From contig JBLWGC010000161.1 of NCBI GenBank assembly GCA_048772705.1, positions 1-22,221 on the forward strand: a DNA stretch of 22,221 nucleotides, written 5' to 3'. The DNA comes from Leidyana gryllorum EB-2025a. Lineage: Eukaryota; Protista; Apicomplexa. Both the position numbers and the translations under genes were made by a program. The notes under the pieces were generated by a model that did no database searches, was not told the origin of the DNA, and saw nothing but the letters and a program-made list of their open reading frames with translations. Below are positions 16,084-22,221 of the stretch, one piece after another. Every line of letters starts with the position of its first letter. The first letter of the stretch is position 1.

Positions 16084-16142
16084 GTGGTGCGGATGGGACT
16101 CGACCCCACAACTCCCGGTTCCGAAGACCGATGCCCTATCAT
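16084..16142 (-). pseudogene. 5'-deleted tRNA-Arg(TCG)
   Basis: About 17 nt at the 5' end missing relative to 14224-14296. Confidence 0.8.
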
Positions 16143-16305
16143 GGATAAGCTTCGGTCATCTCGATACTGGTTGGGTGAAAGGAGTATTTGATCTCAAAAC
16201 CTCCCCCAAACCGTTGTTAAAAAGTGCAGCGAGTAAGACATGTCGCTGGCAACCTCGGGGCGGCACGGACGCGGCGCATTCTGATACTCGATGTGACGAC
16301 CTCTT

Positions 16306-16377
16306 TGCCTCGCCGGCGGATCGAACACGGAACTTCCAAGTCTTGTCTAGCGCTCTCTAACTGAGCTTCCTACGCGC
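16306..16377 (-). pseudogene. Decayed tRNA-Phe-like relic
   Basis: AGCTCAGTTAGAGAGCGCTAGAC..GTGTTCGATCC..GGCA; anticodon lost. Confidence 0.45.
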
Positions 16378-16651
16378 GAGAAAGTCATGGAGCGCGGTGA
16401 AGATGAGTGACCCACCGCATGTGCGAGCCAGTCTTGCCAAACCGTATGTGAAGCCGCTGGCCGCAAAATGCCGAGCTCGACAGATGGCAACTGGCCCGAG
16501 TGCTCAAGGTCTGAGTATGCACGCGGTCGGCCTCAATGTGGCGCCTTACTTTGCCAGCCTGTAGCCCTGCACACCCCATAGCATTTAGTGGTTCTTGACA
16601 TGTTATGACCAGTCTCCCGACTCTACCAGCAATTTGCACCACCGATCAGTC

Positions 16652-16723
16652 GGCTGTTTGGTCTAGTGGTATGATCCTTCCTTAGGGTGGAAGGAGTCCT
16701 GGGTTCGATTCCCAGAACAGCCC
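16652..16723 (+). tRNA. trnP-AGG: tRNA-Pro(AGG)
   Basis: Same body as 9670-9741. Confidence 0.93.
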
Positions 16724-16910
16724 TCTTGGTCGTCGGTTACCCGACGGGACAAGTTGCCCTCAGAACCAACACAGCCACCTCGTTAGCCCACCTCGGTAGG
16801 GCAGTCACGGCAACTAACATCTAGAGAATCGCATTTCGGCTAAGTCGACGACCTTGGAAAGGGGTTCCAAGAGCACGAGTGCCGTCTAGAGAGTACGGTG
16901 CCGAATAACA

Positions 16911-16983
16911 CGGTCCTGGCAGGTTTCGAACCTGCGACTTTGTGGTTAACAGCCACACGCTCTGCCGACTGAGCTACAAGACC
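16911..16983 (-). tRNA. trnN-GTT: tRNA-Asn(GTT)
   Basis: Same body as 6351-6423. Confidence 0.93.
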
Positions 16984-17101
16984 CAGCTACAATGTTTCAG
17001 AGGTTAGTATAGAGATCCTCCCTTATTCTACCGCAGGATTCTGCAATCACGTCTTGTCAAGAGGGTACGGCTCTCGGCTAAAGCTGCAGCTGAGGGAGTT
17101 G

Positions 17102-17174
17102 TCCACTGTAGTCTAAGTGGCTAGGATATGCGGCTCTCACCCGCACGATCGGGGTTCAAGTCCCGGCAGTGGAA
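17102..17174 (+). tRNA. trnE-CTC: tRNA-Glu(CTC)
   Basis: One T-stem mismatch; syntenic with the CTA copy at 6542. Confidence 0.85.
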
Positions 17175-17234
17175 ATCCAGCTGAGTGTGCTTGCAGGCAA
17201 CAGTTCCATTCTTACTTCCAGAGATATAGATCCA

Positions 17235-17307
17235 CACCGCCCGCGGGGCTCGAACCCGCGACTGCAAGATTAAGAGTCTTGCGCTCTACCGACTGAGCTA
17301 GGGCGGC
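17235..17307 (-). tRNA. trnK-CTT: tRNA-Lys(CTT)
   Basis: Lys body, loop CT-CTT-AA. Confidence 0.93.
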
Positions 17308-17383
17308 AGGAAAGCAAGGACACAAAACCCGATAGCCTGACATCTAAAGTGGCTTTGGTACCCACCAGCCTCACTTGAAGATT

Positions 17384-17456
17384 GTCCGGGTCGTCTAGGG
17401 GCTCACAACAGCAAGTTGTGGCCGTGCACACCCAGGCCCGAATCCTGGCTTGGATA
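17384..17456 (+). pseudogene. tRNA-His(GTG) pseudogene
   Basis: Inverted paralog of 10042-10112. Confidence 0.7.
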
Positions 17457-17577
17457 GTATGTCCCCGATGTCTCGAATGGGAGATGTGGGTGAAGTCTGT
17501 CCAAACCCACCATCGGGCGTAGCTGCCCATGTCCTGTCTTGATCGCTACACACTTCCATTTGACGGCTCCGCTAGTC

Positions 17578-17650
17578 GGCGCTATGGCCTAATGGATATG
17601 GCATCGGTCTACGGAACCGGGGATTCTGGGTTCGAGTCCCAGTAGCGTCT
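17578..17650 (+). tRNA. trnR-ACG: tRNA-Arg(ACG)
   Basis: TCGGT-CT-ACG-GA-ACCGG. Confidence 0.92.
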
Positions 17651-17746
17651 GGGCGAATGGCCGGGTTGCAGCCTGTTGAGTCAACAACTCAGATCCTGTC
17701 TTAGCTGTCCGGGATGGGTGCCGTGTTGAGTCAACAACTGACAGAC

Positions 17747-17818
17747 GGGCTGTTCTGGGAATCGAACCCAGGACTTCTTCCACCCAAAGGAAGAATCATA
17801 CCACTAGACCAAACAGCC
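17747..17818 (-). tRNA. trnP-TGG: tRNA-Pro(TGG)
   Basis: CTTCC-TT-TGG-GT-GGAAG. Confidence 0.92.
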
Positions 17819-17907
17819 GACAACCCACCATCCCGGTACAGCCCCCAGTACTGTGGAATCAGTCGGCACAGCACGCGTTTCGGCTCCCTCTTTCATCTTG
17901 GACACTG

Positions 17908-17978
17908 AGCAGCGTGGCTCAGTGGGAGAGTGTTGGGCTCATGACAGGAAGGTCCGTCGGCCAAACGACGCACTGCTC
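17908..17978 (+). pseudogene. Initiator tRNA-Met pseudogene
   Basis: AGCAGCG..GGGCTCAT..CGACGCACTGCT; stems broken. Confidence 0.7.
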
Positions 17979-18037
17979 AGCGTCAGCAGGAGGACACACT
18001 TATAGAAATGATACAGGCGTCTTTTTGATTCAAGAGC

Positions 18038-18109
18038 TCCCCGATCTGGCTATCGACCGCTACACCTTTGGCGTGCAAAGTCACCTCTCTACCACTTGAA
18101 ATAGCCGCC
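18038..18109 (-). pseudogene. Decayed tRNA-Ala(TGC)-like relic
   Basis: GGCGGCTATTTCAAGTGGTAGAG..CTTTGCA; the 5' part recurs at about 3954-3976. Confidence 0.45.
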
Positions 18110-18300
18110 AACCGCCAAACCCAAGTGAACTTTCCCCGCCTCGGTTCCTCAACAGTGGCACTTCGAGCTCTCAAGCTCAACACTGCGGCACAGATCGCGG
18201 GGTGGTCGGAGATGCCAAACTCGAATTTGGATCGCGTAAGTCTGCATGGCTCGGAATGTCAGCCACTCTTGTCGATTCCGCTGTAGAGCGAGACCACGAG

Positions 18301-18372
18301 AACGGTGGGCAGACTCAAACCCACAACCTTTGCCTCCGGAGGGCAGCACGCTATCCATTGCGCCACCACCGC
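18301..18372 (-). pseudogene. tRNA-Arg(CCG), degenerate
   Basis: GCGGTGG/CCACCGT; TGCC-CT-CCG-GA-GGCA; T-loop TTTGAG. Confidence 0.68.
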
Positions 18373-18537
18373 ACAATCCACAGCCCCACTGTCTGCGACC
18401 CCTGAGTCGGTGATATCGCCTGCTGGTTCGATTCAGCAGTTGTCAAGTGGACGTAGTAGGCAGAGTTCGAAAGACTCCTTATCTTATTTGAGACACGGGT
18501 ATCAACTGTGCTAGACCCAAATCAAAGCCTAGCAAAA

Positions 18538-18609
18538 GGGCTGTTCTGGGAATCGAACCCAGGACTCCTTCCACGCTAAGGAAGGATCATACCACTAGAC
18601 CAAACAGTC
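18538..18609 (-). tRNA. tRNA-Pro body with AGC anticodon; possibly a pseudogene
   Basis: CTTCC-TT-AGC-GT-GGAAG; G2>A, otherwise the Pro-AGG body. Confidence 0.65.
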
Positions 18610-18696
18610 GACTGGTCGGTGGTGCAAATTGCTGGTAGAGTCGGGACACTGGTCATAATATGCCAAGAACCACTAAACGCTATGGTGTCTGCAAAG

Positions 18697-18769
18697 CGGC
18701 GACTAGCTCAAATGACATAGCACTCGCTTAACATGCGAGAGATACTGGGATCGATGCCCAGATCGTCCA
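18697..18769 (+). pseudogene. tRNA-Ala body, loop reads AAC
   Basis: CTCGC-TT-AAC-AT-GCGAG; D-loop decayed. Confidence 0.7.
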
Positions 18770-18845
18770 AGCCTTTAACGGCTGCACCCGCGGTATATGA
18801 AAACAGAGTCACGAGCGAAGGGAGTTGATGCCCGATCACATCGCA

Positions 18846-18927
18846 CGACAACTGCTGGATTAGAACCAGCGCGGGCCAGGCCCAGAAGATTTCGAGTCTA
18901 CCCCCTTAACCACTCGGGCAAGTTGCA
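18846..18927 (-). pseudogene. tRNA-Ser(CGA), degenerate
   Basis: G1>T plus anticodon-stem and T-loop changes. Confidence 0.68.
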
Positions 18928-18987
18928 ACGGTAGAACTCGGCATGCCGCAGGCAGTGGCTTCACATACGGTTCAGCAGCTTGACTCG

Positions 18988-19060
18988 GACCGCTCGCGCT
19001 TTCCGAACCCGCGGTCTCTCCATTGAAAGTCTTGCGCTCTACCGACGGAGCTGGCGCGGC
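18988..19060 (-). pseudogene. Lys-derived element upstream of Ser
   Basis: Inverted paralog of 13353-13425. Confidence 0.65.
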
Positions 19061-19127
19061 AAGGAGGCTTGGACTTGGTGAAAATTTCCTTTCGTATTGG
19101 CAACTCGTTATCAAAGATCCACTCACT

Positions 19128-19201
19128 TGGTCACGCCCGGGCTCGAACCGGGGACCTTGAGCTTATTAGGCTCACGCTCTAACCGACTGAGCTACGCGAC
19201 C
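19128..19201 (-). tRNA. trnI-AAT: tRNA-Ile(AAT)
   Basis: Full cloverleaf. Confidence 0.93.
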
Positions 19202-19309
19202 GCCTCCGACGACAGATGGCACCGATTCACTTACTTGGTGCCTCTGCAATCCTTAGCATGTACTGCTGGTGTTTTGAGCCCAGCCGCCTACTCCGATGAT
19301 CGCAGCACA

Positions 19310-19391
19310 CGACAACTGCTGGATTTGAACCAGCGCGGGCCAGGCCCAGTAGATTTCTAGTCTACCCCCTTAACCACTCGGGCAAGTTGCC
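19310..19391 (-). tRNA. trnS-AGA: tRNA-Ser(AGA)
   Basis: Full cloverleaf. Confidence 0.93.
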
Positions 19392-19462
19392 ACCTGTTCA
19401 ACTCGGCATTTTGCGGCCAGTGGCTCCACATACGGTTCAGCAAGTTTGACAAGGACTCTCCA

Positions 19463-19503
19463 CCATTGAAAGTCTTGCGCTCTAGCGACGGAGCTGGCGC
19501 GGC
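19463..19503 (-). pseudogene. Lys-derived element, 5' half only
   Basis: GCCGCGCCAGCTCCGTCGCTAGAGCGCAAGACTTTCAATGG. Confidence 0.6.
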
Positions 19504-19603
19504 AGGGAAGCTCGGACTTGGTAACAAGTCCCTCTCGTATTAGTCGCAGAATGTTGTGGCTTCCTCGCGTCCGGGGCGACTCTTTAGCAGAGATCCCCTC
19601 ACT

Positions 19604-19677
19604 TGGTCACGCCCGGGCTCGAATCGGGGACCTTGAGCTTATTAGGCTCACGCTCTAACCGACTGAGCTACGCGACC
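19604..19677 (-). tRNA. trnI-AAT: tRNA-Ile(AAT), G53>A
   Basis: One T-stem mismatch. Confidence 0.78.
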
Positions 19678-19751
19678 ACTTCTGCAACGACAGATGGCAC
19701 CGACCCGGATGCAGAATCCCCCAGAGCTGGAACAAACATCAGAGCCATTTA

Positions 19752-19820
19752 GACACTGGCGGACCCAGCACCCAATTTTCTAAGCTGGAGTCAGACGCGC
19801 TACGTTCCGCCACCCCGCTC
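19752..19820 (-). pseudogene. tRNA-Trp(CCA) relic
   Basis: GCGCGTCTGACTCCAG; shares the upstream flank AATGAGTCTGGAGCGGGG with 1743-1760. Confidence 0.55.
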
Positions 19821-19871
19821 CAGACTCATTGCCTTGTGGTCCAACATCTCCGATCATTCCAAACCATCTTC

Positions 19872-19943
19872 AGGGCACCCGCGGAGTTGAACCACGGACT
19901 AGCTGATCTGCAGTCAGCTGCTCTACCACTGAGCTACGTACCC
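19872..19943 (-). tRNA. trnC-GCA: tRNA-Cys(GCA)
   Basis: GCTGA-CT-GCA-GA-TCAGC; U73; one acceptor mismatch. Confidence 0.85.
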
Positions 19944-20039
19944 ACAAACTACCCGTCATACTCGCTCAACTCGATTCTGTCTTCTCTTCTGAAGCAAAAC
20001 GGCCGGTATTGTGCACGAGCTTGAACAACAACGAGTCGT

Positions 20040-20111
20040 GCATCTGTGGTCTTGTGGTAAAAATGTGGCGTTGCCACCGAGACGACCCAGGTTCGATTCC
20101 CGACAGACGCA
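20040..20111 (+). pseudogene. tRNA-Gly(GCC), degenerate
   Basis: Multiple stem mismatches. Confidence 0.68.
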
Positions 20112-20256
20112 GGAGGCACGCCTCAAACCGCCCGTGGCAAATTAGCAGAGACGCTGACAAGCTTGGTCGGCACGAGGCCGGGGCATTCTGACACTTGATG
20201 TAACAACCCCCTGAGATAGAATCGAATGTGACTTACGCGGTGGAACGGCGGTGATC

Positions 20257-20330
20257 GCTCCCCTAGCTCAGCTGGTTAGAGCATCGGCCTTATGTGCCGA
20301 AGGTCGAGGGTTCGATCCCCCCGGGGAGCA
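20257..20330 (+). tRNA. trnI-TAT: tRNA-Ile(TAT), intronless
   Basis: GCTCCCC/GGGGAGC; TCGGC-CT-TAT-GT-GCCGA. Confidence 0.87.
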
Positions 20331-20471
20331 AATCAACCCAATGACAGCCGAACGCGACCGCCGAGTACTCCAGCATTTGACACCTATGAGTGCCCTAGCC
20401 GGGCAGGCCGACCAGGAGGCTGTTTGGTCTGAAGGTATGATTTTTCCTCGCTTAAAAGAACATTGCAACTG

Positions 20472-20544
20472 GGTCTTGTAGCTCAGTCGGCAAAGCGTGT
20501 AGCTGTTCACCACAAAGTCGCAGTTTCGAAGGCTAGCAGTACGG
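20472..20544 (+). pseudogene. tRNA-Asn pseudogene
   Basis: Paralog of 8454-8526. Confidence 0.68.
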
Positions 20545-20619
20545 GAGCTGCGATATGCCACTCCCTCTTAGAGGTGCAACTCTGTATTTAACTACCAGCA
20601 GGTGCCGCCCTACTGAGTT

Positions 20620-20692
20620 TGGACGACCTGGGTATCGATCCCAGTACCTCTCGCATGCAAAGCGAGCGCTCTACCATCTGAGCTAGCCGCCC
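20620..20692 (-). tRNA. trnA-TGC: tRNA-Ala(TGC)
   Basis: Same body as 8602-8674. Confidence 0.92.
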
Positions 20693-20799
20693 ATCCGCTC
20701 TACATGAAGAACCTTCTGCATCCAGTGGCTGACCGAGTGCCCATACGTCACGGCGGGCAGTGCTGGGATCCAGTCGCAGGTTGTCCTGACTACAACGGC

Positions 20800-20879
20800 T
20801 GACAAGAGTGCGATTCGAACCCACGCCCTTTCGGACTGCGGCCTGAACACAGCGTTTAAGACCACTACGCCACCTTTCC
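20800..20879 (-). pseudogene. tRNA-Leu(CAG), degenerate
   Basis: Loop TT-CAG-GC; acceptor, D- and T-stem mismatches. Confidence 0.7.
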
Positions 20880-20974
20880 GGAATGTTGATGGCTCGCCCT
20901 TCCACGCGCTTCCTGTACTTGGAATCTCAAAATGGAAGGTCTTCCGGGGTTGGAGGCCGGGGTATTCACGAGTG

Positions 20975-21046
20975 TCCGAGATAGTATAGTGGTTAGTATT
21001 TCCGCCTGTCACGCGGAAGACCCGGGTTCGATTCCCGGTCTCGGAG
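20975..21046 (+). tRNA. trnD-GTC: tRNA-Asp(GTC)
   Basis: Same body as 9096-9167. Confidence 0.94.
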
Positions 21047-21101
21047 CACAGTTGGTTCCGCTTAAAATTGTCTCCTTGGGTTGCCGCTGAAAGTTGCGAG
21101 C

Positions 21102-21174
21102 TACAGCCACCGAGGATCGAACTCGGGACCTTCTGCGTGTTAAGCAGACGTCGTGACCACTAGACCATGGCTGC
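21102..21174 (-). tRNA. trnV-AAC: tRNA-Val(AAC)
   Basis: TCTGC-TT-AAC-AC-GCAGA. Confidence 0.92.
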
Positions 21175-21237
21175 ACGGAAGGTCCCGCAGATCAAGAGGA
21201 GTGGTGAGGTTTCACAAAGCAGTGAGAATTAGTTGTG

Positions 21238-21309
21238 AGGTCGCGCCGGGAATCGAACCCAGATCGGGAGATTCAGAGTCCCCAGTGCTAACCACTACAC
21301 CACGCAACC
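21238..21309 (-). tRNA. trnQ-CTG: tRNA-Gln(CTG)
   Basis: GGTTGCG/CGCGACC; loop CT-CTG-AA. Confidence 0.92.
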
Positions 21310-21585
21310 CATTCACTCCTTCACAAAAAGAGTTGGTAGAGCCTCCGGACTAGCCATCAACCGGACACATGCAACACGCGCATCTCTACTAACCTCTGAG
21401 ATATTGGAACTGGCTCTTGTACTTTAGTCGGCAGAACGTGTGGTTGTAAAATACAAACTCGGAGATCCGGTCTCTGAGGCAACCTTCACACATACTGCGG
21501 TGCCCAAGTCTATCCAAGGGCTACAGGCACCATTAAAGCTCTCAACTCTGTAGTCAAATAGCGCCAGTTGCAGCACTACAAAGTT

Positions 21586-21658
21586 TGGACGACCTGGACA
21601 TTGATTCCAGTACCTCCCGCACGCTAAGCGAGCGCTTCACCATTTGAGCTAGTCCCCC
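21586..21658 (-). pseudogene. tRNA-Ala(AGC), degenerate
   Basis: Ala body with several substitutions. Confidence 0.65.
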
Positions 21659-21747
21659 GCTGTGCAGACCCCGTCGCATTTTGTTGATTCTCAACATAGT
21701 ATGACCACTCTCGCGACTGTGCTCACCGGGTTGCACGACCGACAGGC

Positions 21748-21819
21748 GGCTGTTTGGTCTAGTGGTATGATCCTTCCTTAGGGTGGAAGGAGTCCTGGGT
21801 TCAATTCCCAGAACAGCCC
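21748..21819 (+). tRNA. trnP-AGG: tRNA-Pro(AGG)
   Basis: Full cloverleaf, T-loop TTCAATT. Confidence 0.92.
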
Positions 21820-21952
21820 TCTTGGTTGTCGGTTGACCCGATGGGATAAGCAGTTTTAGAAGTAACACAGCCACCTCGTTGCCACTTCGGCACTCAAGGC
21901 AATTAACATCTCAAGAATCGCATTCCGGCTCCTTCTTCCATGTTGCAGACTA

Positions 21953-22024
21953 AGCAGTGTAGCTCAGTGGAAGGGTGTTGGGCTCATAACCCAAAGGTCC
22001 GTCGATGGAAACGACGCACTGCTA
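21953..22024 (+). tRNA. trnM-CAT: Initiator tRNA-Met(CAT), C56>G
   Basis: A1-U72; T-loop GATGGAAA. Confidence 0.7.
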
Positions 22025-22073
22025 AGTGTGCGCAGGAGGGAAACAGCTATAGGATTGATTGGGTCGTGACCAA

Positions 22074-22145
22074 AGCCTTCTGCCGGAATCGAACCGGCGA
22101 CCTTTCGCTTACTAAGCGAATGCTCTACCCCTAAGCTAAGAAGGC
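22074..22145 (-). tRNA. trnT-AGT: tRNA-Thr(AGT)
   Basis: Full cloverleaf. Confidence 0.92.
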
Positions 22146-22221
22146 AATGCAAGCCAAAGATCACGAGTCAGTCACTATTGACGGAGGTTACTAGAGCACT
22201 TTGCTCGAATGGTCCAGTGAC

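Noticed and set aside
17674-17740. Repeated GTTGAGTCAAC quasi-palindrome as a recombinase site
   Set aside because: Confined to one spacer type and does not mark the other breakpoints
124-22164. All ORFs in the six-frame track (60-179 aa)
   Set aside because: Nearly all are translations across tRNA genes (typical shadow peptides such as GFESH, RVRFP, GIEP) and are broken inconsistently between paralogous modules; no protein family is recognisable
1-22221. CRISPR array or integron-like cassette array
   Set aside because: The repeats are tRNA genes on both strands and the spacers themselves recur; there is no constant repeat, cas gene or integrase
1-22221. Bacterial, phage or organellar tRNA array
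   Set aside because: Eukaryotic initiator features, many A34 anticodons, C1-G72 intron-containing Tyr and no systematically encoded CCA
1-22221. 5S rRNA, U6, 7SL or spliced-leader RNA genes among the tRNAs
   Set aside because: No diagnostic motif was recognised by eye; an Rfam scan of unique spacers (e.g. 16180-16300, 18120-18300, 18380-18530) is needed to exclude them fully
1-22221. Entamoeba-type tRNA-STR array or telomeric repeats
   Set aside because: No AT-rich short tandem repeats, no fixed unit period and no telomere motif

Overview
The window has no credible protein-coding gene. It is a very dense eukaryotic nuclear-type tRNA supercluster with about 130 tRNA genes, pseudogenes and tRNA-derived relics (roughly one per 170 bp) on both strands. 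Eukaryotic hallmarks are initiator tRNAs with A1-U72 and a GATCGAAA T-loop, A34 anticodons (Ala-AGC, Thr-AGT, Pro-AGG, Ser-AGA, Val-AAC, Ile-AAT, Leu-AAG, Arg-ACG), an intron-containing Tyr and no systematically encoded CCA. Eighteen amino-acid families have intact-looking copies; Trp and Phe occur only as relics, and no elongator Met or Sec was seen. The cluster is a scrambled mosaic of multi-tRNA modules repeated in both orientations, with many breakpoints inside tRNA genes. It includes Asp/Pro and Asp/Gly chimeras fused at the B-box, paralogous modules that switch synonymous anticodons, anticodon-shifted copies (including a Glu body with an amber CUA anticodon) and almost no oligo-T Pol III terminators. 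From memory the sequences resemble alveolate (apicomplexan-like) tRNAs; this is unverified. All calls were made by eye, so coordinates may be off by a few nt and tRNA-versus-pseudogene labels are judgement calls.
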